The translations under genes were made by a program, and so were the position numbers. The notes below the pieces were generated by a model, which saw nothing but the letters and a program-made list of their open reading frames with translations, did no database searches and was not told where the DNA came from. Below, piece after piece: positions 13,048 to 25,300 of a stretch of 64,000 nt of DNA; the first letter of the stretch is position 1; each line of letters begins with the position of its first letter. The stretch is from Octopus sinensis (taxonomy: Eukaryota), in assembly GCF_006345805.1 (NCBI RefSeq), contig NC_043011.1:38762464-38826463 (forward strand). The letters run 5' to 3'.

Positions 13048-13758
13048 ACAAAATAACATATAATAAAACAAAAACACATATTGAGAACACTGCTATAGAA
13101 CTTAAATTTACAAAAACATTTTTATTCATTTCAATTGTACTCTCAATCTTTATCTTCCTCTATTATACACCTCAATTACTATCCAAATTCCTTCTTTTCA
13201 GATCTGATCTGAATTTAAATATTTTTATTCGATTTATCAGTTCATTTTTTTAATCATAATTTTCTCTCTCGTGTATGTAGCATATTGTATCTACTTTACA
13301 CAAGTAAGATCTTTTAAATATTACAAAAATATACGTTCTTTAAGTTTTTCTACTTACAGTATGATTTGTGTACACGTAATTTACTTGTGTTCTAACCAAT
13401 CTACCAAGCTGTTGTTGATATGTATCAGTATGACATTCTTCAGTCTTAATCTCTAAGCGACTTTCTTTGTTTATTCACTTCTCAGTTCTTAGATATTCTT
13501 TGACCTTTGCCAAGTTTAGTCACATTCATCCGTCCTGACAACGACATTCGCACGCTTTGTCTTGTTTAATGATAATTGTTTCCAATACCACCTTTATAAG
13601 ATTTTAACTGAAAAATCTGGGGTGCGACTTATACACGCGGCAAAGCTAAAACTATGAAAGGAAAAAAAAATTACTAAGTTATTAATGCCAAATAAGAGGT
13701 TTCTTTTTAATAAGCACAACGTAAGCCTTGCTGTGAAACACGGATTTTAAATCTAAGC

Positions 13759-13795
<37 letters not shown>

Positions 13796-13813
13796 GCAAG
13801 AAATAAGGATCAA

Positions 13814-13849
13814 TCTGGCTAGTTTCAGTATCTAAAGCTCCATCAGAGA
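13814..13849 (-). ncRNA. Decayed hammerhead motif, paralogue of 14893-14931
   Basis: UCU-CUGAUGG-AGC..ACU-GAAAC-UA-GCC-AGA; A9 to G and cleavage triplet GUC to GCC. Confidence 0.5.
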
Positions 13850-14892
13850 TCGCTTGTGCATTTCTGATCAAGGATCGAAAAGTTATGCATAATAAATGCA
13901 CATTCGGTTAAAACTATATTATATTATATTTTGACTGAAAAGAACTGAAGCGCGACTTTTACACGGAGCAATATTAAAACTATGAAGGGAAAAAAGTTTT
14001 GTAGTAGTATTTAATACTAAATTAGGCGTACGTAAAGTTAGTAGCATTGAAACTTTCCTCGGAAGATTGTTAGTCGATTAAATCGACACAATTAGTAGGC
14101 TCCTGTTTTATTTTATCGTCCTCTGTGAAATGAAAGACAAAGTGGACATCAGTGAGATTTGATCTCCGAACGTAAAGTTCCGAAGGAGATACCACAATTA
14201 ATTTTGTCTGACACTCTAACAAGTCAGGCTAACAGGCAAGGGTAATGCAAATAAAGAAAGAAAAAATCAAACAGGTCAATCAAATGCTAATGTAGTCGAT
14301 AAGGAAAATTGAGTTCATTCCCTGCCTTATTGAAAACTACATTTTACAAATGTTATCTGCATTGAAGATTTATTAATTGAAGAGTTTCGTCATACAAATA
14401 TAAGTGACCAAGACTCTGAACTACAAACCACAACTGTCTTTAGCTCACTGAAGTAATAAGGCTAATTTGAATACATTCGACTTGTTAAACATTGGTTGTT
14501 TGTAAACATAAAGCACTGACGACAGACATTTTAACTTCTCGTGAAAACGGAAGCTTTCAGAATCACTCTATTGATATCTAATCAAATAAATGTTCAATTT
14601 TATGCTACATTTCCTCCAATTTCTTACTCAACGCCGGGAAAAAATATCCTATGCAAATGAACCGACATTGACTTTATTTGGATATGCAATGAACTGATCG
14701 ATGTCTGATAGATTTGATACTAAATGGTTCGGTCTCATTTTTTTTTTAATGCCATATTCGTAAATCTATCTGTGTTAGACACCATTCCAACTCTGTTTAC
14801 TTTATATTAAGCACAATTTAATCCTCAGTGAAGCACAGAGCTTGAATCTAATATTGCTTTTCTTCTTCTCTGAGGCAGGAAATAAAGATCAA

Positions 14893-14931
14893 TCTGACTA
14901 GTTTCAGCATTTAATAAAGCTTCATCAGAAA
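14893..14931 (-). ncRNA. Minimal type-I hammerhead ribozyme with intact core
   Basis: UUU-CUGAUGA-AGC-UUUAUUAAAU-GCU-GAAAC-UA-GUC-AGA; palindromic stem III ACUAGU; GUC cleavage triplet. Confidence 0.75.
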
Positions 14932-15322
14932 TCGCGTGTCTTTCTGATCAAGGATTGAATAGCGGCTTATTGTTATCTATAATGAATGCATATCCAACTA
15001 AGACTAAATTGGTTTATCTAATTAGTGTGATAGTGGAAGTTTTAGCAACGACAAATACTTATCAAGAAGTTATAGACTTGCAACAATGAGGTAATTAGAA
15101 ATTAGAGATAAACTTAGGAATGGACATAGTTTTAAAGTACGCTTGAATTTAGTCTTGTTATCAAAGATAAGATATTGTGCTTATTGCAAAGGCTTTTATC
15201 GCTGTTGCTGGAATGAGAAGTCAATCTCTCTTTCTGGGTTCGGCTTTTGCTAAAGCTTAAGCAAAGGTCCATCGCTCATTCCAAATCGCAGGGGAAAGAA
15301 TAGATGATAGTTGTTAACAGCG

Positions 15323-15555
15323 AAGGCGGCGAGCTGGCAGAATCGTTAGCACGCCGGGCGAAATGCGTAGCTGTATTTCGTCTGCCGTTACGTTCTGAGT
15401 TCAAATTCCGCCGAGGTCGACTTTGCCTTTTATCCTTTCGGGGTCGATTAAATAAATACCAGTTACGTACTGGGGTCGATATAATCGACTTAATCTGTTT
15501 GTCTGTCATTGTTTGTCCTCTCTGTGTTTAGCCCCTTGTGGGTAGTAAAGAAAGA
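15323..15555 (+). mobile_element. Family-A SINE
   Basis: Canonical head GGCGGCGAGCTGGCAGAATCGTTAGCACGCCGGGCG; flanked by direct repeats GATAGTTGTTAACAGC (probable target-site duplication). Confidence 0.9.
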
Positions 15556-16172
15556 GATAGTTGTTAACAGCATACGCGCACGCTGACAGAACTAAATAAA
15601 CTGGCTTGCCTAATTTGCATAACAGTGCAATTATTGGAAATGTCAATTAAGGTAAGTATGACACAGTACGAGATAACTAGAAATGAAAGATAAAGAAATC
15701 TTGTGATTTTGTCTAGTAAATACATATTTAACACGGCTAAATCGTGTTGTCCTTTGGAGCATAGATAGTATCTATTAGCTAAGCTACGTTGTGTATTTAT
15801 TAAGGGGGCGATGTGAAGATGTCGATCATACAGCTAAGCAAAGTGACCTTAAGATCAAGCTCCGTTGACGGGAAATTAATATAACTGCAGCTGTCATGGA
15901 TGTACTTTTCACTTAACTTCTAAGATTTTACCTACGAACCAACGATGGTGACTCTACTCAGACAACTATCCAGACAGCAACAGCTTTTATCTCTAATTAC
16001 ATCACAAAATGGAGAGAATTGAGAACGCCTGACACACAGCTCGACCACAGCTACCTTAGGGTTAAAGAACGAAAGAGCACAAATTTTTCAAACAAGTTTA
16101 CGAAGGTATAGAGCCGTTGTCTCCCTGTGATGTATGTATTTTTAAAGTATACAGACAGACAGACAGACAGAG

Positions 16173-16269
<97 letters not shown>

Positions 16270-16879
16270 TGTGTATGTGTCTTTGTGTTTGTTTTTATCC
16301 CACCCCCATGATCGCTTAGCAATCGGTGATGGTGTGTTTACTTCCACGTAACTTAATGGTTCGGTAAAGAGACCGATAGAATAATTACTAAGCTTTAAAA
16401 ATAACTACTGAGGTCGAACTGTTCGATAAAAAACAATTTCAATGTGGTGCTCCAGCTTGGCTGCAGTCAAATGACTGACACAAGTAAAAGAATAAAAGAA
16501 TAAAAAGAATATATGTACTTCCATATTTTCTATGTTTAACATGCTTGTGTACTTAAGGTGCCCGACTCATAACCCGGAGTCAAATGGCAGCAACGAGATG
16601 AAACGTAAGGACTTATGCCAAAGAGAAGTTTTTATAAATATCATTTTAAATGGTAAAATGTCAAGAGAAAAATATCTTAGCCAACTTTATTTTTAAACTT
16701 TATCCAACATTTAAGGCAGCCGGTTGGCAAAAGGATTAGACCGTTGCTTAACAATCTACACCAATGCTCCCCAAAGTGGGCGGTATTGCCCTCCTGGCGG
16801 GGCGATGTAAACTTCCAAGGGGGCGTTGAAGAAAGGTGAGGCGATACTGGGGTAACGATTCTTATAAAATCAACAAAAT

Positions 16880-17169
16880 AATGGGTTCATTACTCTTTTA
16901 CTTGTTTCGGTCATTTGACTGCGGCCATGCTGAAGCACCGCCTTTAGTTTAGCAAATCGACCCCAGGACTTATTCTTTGTAAGCCGAGTACTTATTCTAT
17001 CGGTCTTTTTTTGCCCAACCGCTAGGTTACGAGGACGTAAACACACCAGCATCGGTTGTCAAGCGATGTTGGGGCGACAAACACAGAGACACAAATATAT
17101 ACACACACATACATACATGCATGCATACATACATGCATACATACATGCATGCATGCATGCATGCATATA

Positions 17170-17203
<34 letters not shown>

Positions 17204-17360
17204 CATACATACATACATACATACATATGACGGGCTTCTTTCAGTTTCCGTCTACCAAATCCACTCACAAGGCTTTGGTCGGCCCGAGGTGCCACGCAAT
17301 GGGACTGAACCTGGAACCATGTGGTTCGTAAGCAGCTACTTACCACACAGCCACTTCAAC
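16880..17360 (-). mobile_element. Family-B SINE with expanded central (CATA)n
   Basis: Reverse complement of the family-B head and tail around a roughly 130-bp tetranucleotide tract. Confidence 0.85.
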
Positions 17361-17556
17361 GCCTACGTTTAAGTTTTATTTTTGATATACAGTTGCTTTG
17401 AATTTGCTTCAGAAAGACGTATCTCTCTGTGATGGTTAGTTGGGGGGGGGGGGCGCTAGGAATGTGGCCTGCGTGTCAAGGGCTTCTCTAGCTTTTGAGC
17501 TCAACTTCCGCCAAGTTCAACCTTTTCTTTACTCCTTCTGAAGTATTTAATATAAA

Positions 17557-17729
17557 AAGTAAAAAGATATATTTCTCAACGCGTAAGAACTGATAGAACA
17601 GCATATATAGGATAAAATCGCTTTAGAGCAGAAGAGTTTGTTGGCAAAGTTTTCTGCCCTAAAATGACTTTATCGTATATATGTCGTTCTATCAGTATTT
17701 ACGCGCTGAAAAATATATCTTCCTTACTT
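17557..17729. repeat. Imperfect palindrome, MITE-like hairpin
   Basis: AAGTAAAAAGATATATTTCTCAACGCGTAAGAACTGATAGAAC... pairs with ...GTTCTATCAGTATTTACGCGCTGAAAAATATATCTTCCTTACTT. Confidence 0.8.
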
Positions 17730-18719
17730 ATTCTACAATACATTTCAAATTTTCGAAAGCAAACTTATGTTTGTTTACAAATGGCGTTATTTAATACAAA
17801 GTACTAGTCAAGTACAGGGGTCAATTTAATGCAGCTAATCTCTTCCTCCCTCCCTCTCAATAGCTGGCCTTGCGGCGAAAGTAACGATTATCATTTAAAA
17901 CAAAAATGGCGGCGGACTGACAGAATCACTTCCGCGCCGGACAATATGCTTATAAGAGTTTCTTGTTGGCGCTTATGTTTTAAGTTCAATTTTCACCGAG
18001 GTCGACTTTGCGTTTCATATTTTCAGGACTGATAAAATAAGCACTGCAATCGATGTAATCAGCTAGTTCGCTCCCCCGCCAAATTTCAGGCCTTGTGAGT
18101 ATAGTAGAAAAGAGCTTTATTCAATGTTTAATCTGAACCACCTTGCCTGGAAAGTTTTCCAGTTGATCCGAGATCCGTCTTCCAGTTGATCGGATCAACG
18201 GAATGGACCTGCTCGTGAAATTAACGTGCACTGAGCTCTCCACAGACATGCGTACCATTCAAGTTATTGTTGAGGAAGATTCAACATGATACAGGATGTA
18301 ACAAGATTGGCCTTTTGAATTACAAAGTACGACTCATTTTTGCCAGCCGGGTGGACTAGAGCAACGTGAAATAAAGTGTCTTACGAAAGGACACACCCCG
18401 CTGCCGGGAATCAAAATCATGACCTTATGATTGTTAGCCGAATATGCTGACCACAAGCCACGCGCCTTCACACGTCTCACTTAAGTCAGAATAAGAACAA
18501 ACCAAAGATTTTTTAAAAAGCCTCTCTACTCTCGATATACTACTGACGGTAGCCGGATTTCCCTCAAATCACATCCGACACTCTTAGATAAAGAATTATA
18601 CACTAACAATGTAATTGCTGATAACGAAAATATGGATGTTTATGTTTGAGATTCCGGTGCTCATAGATCAGGCATGCCACGCCATGCTAGGAGCAAAATA
18701 CCGGGGTTATACTGGTTTC

Positions 18720-19400
18720 AAATCTTGATACAACGCCAGTAATTTTAAAGGAGGGGGAAAGGCGATACATCAACCTCGGTGCTTAACCAGTATTTATTTT
18801 ATCGACACTGAAAAGATGAAAGCCAAACTTGACCTCGGCGGGATTTGAACTCAGATCGTAAAAATGGACGAAATGCTGCTAATCATTTTATCTGGCGTGC
18901 TAACGGCTCTACTAGCTCGCTGCCTTAAAGAGCAAGAAAATATAAATACAAGAGTAATAATCCTTTCTACTATAGACGCAAGACCTGAAATTTAGGGGGA
19001 GGAGCCAGTCGATTAGATCGACCCCAATACTCAACTGGTATTTAATTTATCGACCCCGAAAGGAAGAAAGGTAAAGTCGACCTCTGCGGAATTTGAACAC
19101 GGAACGTAACGACGGATGAAATAACTATTTCTTTACTACCCATAAGGGGCTCAACACAGAGAGGACAAACAAGGACAGACATACGAATTAAGTCGATTAT
19201 AGCGACCCCAGTGCGTAACTGATACTTATTTAATCGACCACGAAAGGATGAAAGGCAAAGCCGACCTCGGCGGAATTGAACTCAGAACTCAGAACGTAGC
19301 GGCAGACGAAATACCTATTTCTTTACTACCCACAAGGGGCTAAACACAGAGAGGACAAACAAGTACAGACAAACGGATTAAGTCGGTTACATCGACCCCA
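18720..19400 (-). mobile_element. Family-A SINEs, one with internal tandem units
   Basis: Reverse-complement SINE body repeated at about 18780, 19030 and 19230. Confidence 0.8.
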
Positions 19401-20260
19401 AAATTTGTATTTTTGAAAGTCCTTTCGTAAACAATCGCGACCTCTTCAATGACATATTTTCTCTACTCAGGATTAACTTCAGTAAGTAGTAACCATTTGA
19501 ATAATATAGAAGTGACACTGGAGCAACGTGTGTGCTTATTATTGGTATAATGGCCCTCCCGAGATACAACAAAATCTCTTTCAACACACAAGTTCACATC
19601 CGAAAACTTGCAGAATAAATATTAAATGAGAATATTGAAAAAAATAATAATTTTCCTCACACAAGAATTCAAGGCTTTTACTAATATATAAATTTGTTGA
19701 AATAGATTTTTAAAATCTAAGTATACCTGCACAGAATCTGGCCACAGCTCAACAGCGGGAGTTTGTCGATAATATTATATACTATAAAGAATAATTTTAA
19801 ACTATATTCCTGTACTATGCGCTGTAATAATATAAAAAGTTATTTTGTTCATATGCATAGTTTTAGCATTGCTGGGGAAAGCTGTGCCAAGTTTAAATAC
19901 GCGAAAAGATTTAAGGACATTGGTATAAGCGTGTGTGTGTGTGTGTGTGTGTGTGCTTGGATGAATGAGTTCGTGAGTGTGCGTGCGAGTATCTGTAAGT
20001 GTGTGTTTGTGTGGGTTATATATTACATATGTATATGCATATATATATATATATATGTGTGTAACTATGTCCTCTCTTTCTGTCACTCTTTCTCTCTCTT
20101 ATATATATGTATATACATATATATATATATATATCTGGATAATCATGCGCGCACACACATACATACACCTATATATATAAAGAGAGAGGGAGAGGGAGAT
20201 AGAGATAGATATATACATAGATAGACAGGCAGATAGACGGACGGTTAGATAGATAGACAA

Positions 20261-20300
<40 letters not shown>

Positions 20301-21242
20301 ACGGACAGACATACGGATAGATAGATAGATAGATAGATAGATATATGAATGCATATACAGATGCATAAATATACATGTATGCATATAGATATGCAGAGAG
20401 AGAGAAATACAGATAGATTAAGAGAGAGAGATGTACATATATGCCCACATATGTAAGTATGAGTGTGTGTGTGTGTATGTGTGTGTATGTGTGTGTGCAC
20501 GCGCGCGCGCGTGTGTGTGTCTGTATGTATTATATAAGGCATCGTCAAAATACAGAGGAGTGAAATGATGAAAAACTAAAATAGTAGCCGGGTCATCAGC
20601 TGAAAAGTCCAAATTATGAGGAAAAGAGATGAGAGAGAGAGAGAGAGAGAGAGGGTGTTGACCTGCTGCTTGTGAAGTGTGCCAAATAAACATGAACCAT
20701 AATGTGGCAGCTGGAGAGAAGGCTGGCAATCGTGGCAAGAATTTCTGGTCTTATTCCAAAGGTCAACAGTCTGGCAATAATATTTATGTGCCAAATTCTA
20801 TTGAGAGGTATTGTTATTTCGTTGTTATTCTGGTTGTTATTGTTATTTTTTTTAAATACTTTTGTTATGTATTTTTGCTTTCGTTTCCTTTTTTTTTTTT
20901 TTTTTTGTTGCCGCCTTTCTTAGTTCCACCTTAGTTGTTATATGACCATCTTAGAAATAATGACATAGTATAAAAGGTCACCAGTTTATTTTTGACTCGT
21001 AAAACCTCGGCCTGGTAATTAACAAGAGAAAATATAACGTTCTGCGGTTCGCTAAGTGCTGCAATTACCGCCGATAAGCTCGGTTTAATCATTTGCCTCC
21101 CTTGTGTGTCACATGTGATGCACCGGACATATTTCCCTGGCGTCCATGCATCCTATTCAATACAGATGCCCTATGTTTTTCAACCACTGGAGTAACTTAG
21201 AACTTATGAAAGACAAGTGTTATATACGCAGAGCATATGAAT

Positions 21243-21650
21243 AGGCGCAGGAGTGGCTGTTTGGTAAGTAGCTTGCTAACCAACCACATGGTTCCGGGTT
21301 CAGTCCCACTGCGTGGCATCTTGGGCACGTGTCTTCTGCTATAGCCCCGGGCCGACCAATGCCTTGCGAGTGGATTTGGTAGACGGAAACTGAAAGAAGC
21401 CTGTCGTATATATGTATATATATATATAAGTGTGTGTGAATATGTTTGTGTGTCTGTGTTTGTTCCCCTAGCATTGCTTGACAACCGATGCTGGTGTGTT
21501 TACGTCCCCGTCACTTAGCGGTTCGGCAAAAGAGACCGATAGAATAAGTACTGGGCTTACAAAGAATAAGTCCCGGGGTCGATTTGCTCGACTAAAGGCG
21601 GTGCTCCAGCATGGCCGAGTCAAATGACTGAAACAAGTAAAAAGAGTAAA
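21243..21650 (+). mobile_element. Near-intact family-B SINE
   Basis: GGCGCAGGAGTGGCTGTTTGGTAAG...GGGTTCAGTCCC...tail TGACTGAAACAAGTAAAAAGAG. Confidence 0.9.
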
Positions 21651-22324
21651 AAAGAGAACCAAGTGATAACTAAAGTCTGAAAACAAGCATGAAATTTTAG
21701 GACAAACTCACGACAAGTGCTTTCGACAGGCTAAGTCTTAAAGTTGTTTAACTCCAGCTTGGTTCTGATTGAACAAACTTACGATTATTTGTAGGTGTAG
21801 AATCAACGCCATCTCATGTGTAGAACTAGCATTACTGCATTGTGAGAAAATTAAACGCCAGTCATGGACTACGGTCGATGTAGTCGACTAAGCAACCCCG
21901 TCCGTCAAAGTTACTGGCTTTGAGCCTCAACTAGAATCTATTATTTAACTATAATTCTTTTGTCTTATTTTTGTATTTATAGGTTAATTTATTGTATTTC
22001 TTTGTAAGCCATGTTATATTTTCTGAATTTGAACTCGGAACGTAAATACAGACGGTTGCCGCTAAGCATTTCGCCTAGCTCGCCGCCTTCGAAATTGTTT
22101 ATACTATATATTAATGCAAAATTATGTGACTATCTTCCGCCCTCCTTATCTACCTACATATATACATGCGTGCATGCATGCATGCATACATACATACATA
22201 CATACATACATACATACATACAGGCATGCATACATACATACATACATACATACATACATACATACATACATACATACATACATACATACATACATGCATG
22301 CATGCATACATACGAAAATGTCAT

Positions 22325-22950
22325 GATGGTTTATCTACCGATGAGACATGATGTTGTAGACAGGACACTCTATAATGAAATCCGTCGGAAGGATAATCCC
22401 GAGAACAATGAAATAAGAACCCACAGTATGGTAGAAGCGATAACCACTCATAATAAAAAGGAATACTGATGGAATGTCCCAGTGAAGACCTCAATAATAT
22501 GTAAGCACAACAGACCTGATATGATGATTTGGGATTGAAAAGAGAAACTGTGCACTGCAGATGTTAACATAAAGGGGAAGATTAGTGAAAAAGAGAATAC
22601 CTACGATTAACTATTGAGAAATCTGTAGTTACTCTATCCAGATTACAAGTTCAGGTATATACCTGGGATAGGTAACACACTACCTAAATATTAATCTTGA
22701 GAAATTAGGCATCCCGAAACCAGAAAGGAGCCTTGAATCTAGGTTAGAAACCGGCTTTTTTCACTATTGGCAAGAAATCTTGAAATAAAACTGAACAATG
22801 ACATATATACATACATATTTACATACACACTGCCAAAATACCAATCTTGAGAAATTAGGCTTCTCAAAACTAAAAAGTAGAAAGCTGATTCGAAGACTAC
22901 AGATCCAATCCATCAATGGCACTGTAAAAGTTTGTAAAACTTTTCAGAAG
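22325..22950 (+). mobile_element. 3' remnant of a non-LTR retrotransposon with restriction-like endonuclease (R4/Dong-like)
   Basis: Encodes YLPMRHDVV..., WNVPVKTSIICKHNRPDMMIWD, ..DVNI..KISEKENTY, LLYPDYKF: RHD and HNRPD motifs of RLE elements; stops and frameshifts present. Confidence 0.75.
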
Positions 22951-23129
22951 TTTATCATATAAGTACATATCAGCATGTCTAGATATGCAACTATATGTAA
23001 GAGAATACATACATAAAATAGTGCATACAAATCTGCACAAATACATACATATATACATGCATGCACGCATTCATACATACATACATGCATACATATATAC
23101 ATGCATACATATATACATACATACATACA

Positions 23130-23159
<30 letters not shown>

Positions 23160-23160
<1 letters not shown>

Positions 23161-23390
23161 TTCCTTACTACCCACAAGGGGCTAAACACAGAGGGGACAA
23201 ACAACGACAGACAAACGGATTAAGTCGATTACATCGACCCCAGTGCGTAACTGGTACTTAATTTATCGACCCCGAAAGGATGAAAGGCAAAGTCGACCTC
23301 GGCGGAATTTGAACTCAGAACGTAACGGCAGACGAAATACGGCTACGCATTTCGCCCAGCGTGCTAACGTTTCTGCCAACTCGCCGCCTT
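23160..23390 (-). mobile_element. Family-A SINE
   Basis: Reverse complement of the canonical head and body. Confidence 0.85.
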
Positions 23391-24074
23391 TACATACATA
23401 TAGACATGCAAACACACATACAAAAATACAAACACGTGCGCCCTTAAAGTAGAAGAATGACACCGTGTTTGAAAAAGCTGTACCTTTTGAATAGCAAGTA
23501 TAATTCACCCGATTGGATTCCATGCAGCTTCGGCTACCCAGTTTCATGCACAGCTTACGGATGAATCCAATACTATAAAAGATCGCACTTTCCTATGATA
23601 TCATGCTGAAGAATTGAACCCAGGATGCAGTGGTTGTGAGACGAATTTCTTAACCGTTAAGACGTACCCCCATCTACTACCAGAATCCGTAATAAAGGTA
23701 AAAAAATATATATACTTATTGCATACTCTCTGAGCGAAGGTGGAAATCGGGCAGAATCATTAGCACACTGAACAAAATGCTCTATATTCTGAGTTCGAAT
23801 TCCACAGAGGTCGATTTTGCCTTTCATCCTTTTGGGGTCGATAAACTAAGTACTACCACAACACTGGAGTCATTGTAATCGATTAGCCCAATCACTCATA
23901 ATTTCGGACATTGCGCCTGTGGTAGAAATAATGTTAGGTGATTAGTCATGTATAGGCGAAAATTCAGTATTGGTTATTCAATGTTTAATAAAAGTACACA
24001 TTTATGCACACACAAAGAAACTGTCACGCTTCGTACACAAGTATATAATATATGCATATGTATCAATTTAGGTG

Positions 24075-24116
<42 letters not shown>

Positions 24117-24262
24117 TATTGTTTGTGTATGTGTGTGTTTGTATGTATGGTTGTGTGTATGTGTGTTTTGTATGTATGTATACATGTATAAATGTATACA
24201 CTTGTGCGTGAATTATATATATAGAGAGAGAGATAGAGAGATAGATAGACAGACAGACAGAC

Positions 24263-24334
<72 letters not shown>

Positions 24335-24757
24335 TATAAACATATATCTATGTGTATATATGTATATCTATAAACCTTAAGAACTTTCAAAACGTACGTT
24401 GATGTGACAAGATTCCTCTTTAACAGTTAGAGAAAATCTTTACTTGTAAGGATGCAATATTTTTTATTGACATTTTTTTCTTTCTGACACGTAAGAGAGT
24501 ATTTAACCAGAGTTAAATTATAGAAGAACGACTATAAAGGAAACGAAAAAAAAATATGCAAAAATATTTCCAAAGATGGCCAAAGGAGTTCTTTTTTAGC
24601 TAATAGCATTAATATGGCTTCAAAATATTTCTATGCTCAATAAGTAAGACACTCGACGCTCAAGGGCGAAATTACAAACACAGCTTATGTATGTGTTTGT
24701 GTGTGTGTGAGTGTGTATATATATACATACTTTTATATGCATATATGTATACACATG

Positions 24758-24808
<51 letters not shown>

Positions 24809-25105
24809 TATATATGTATGTATACATATATATATATATATACATACATGTATGTATATTGTAGATATGGTTGTGTATAATAACACTTATGACAACCGTA
24901 GATTTACAAATGCGCACAAGCATGCAAGCACATACATATTCATACACATAGACAAACACATTTAGACAAGAATACTTAGACACACAGACACACCCACACA
25001 CATAAAATACCTCTCTATGGCTATCTAGAATGTCGTGTTTCTTAATGAAAAGACACATGTATGTCCATATATGTATGTATGCATACATGTATACCATATA
25101 TGCTT

Positions 25106-25162
<57 letters not shown>

Positions 25163-25300
25163 TGTGTGGGTTTGTATATATATGTTATATATACACAATA
25201 TGTGGTAAACATTCCATGTTTTCTAAATGTGTAGTTGTCGTCCAGCCGTCCATTCTCGATTCTTTAATGTGTATAGGCATAAATCACATACCGACTACCT

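Noticed and set aside
16765-16870. hAT-like terminal sequence (ATGCTCCCCAAAGTGGGCGG)
   Set aside because: Only one end seen; no partner TIR or target-site duplication
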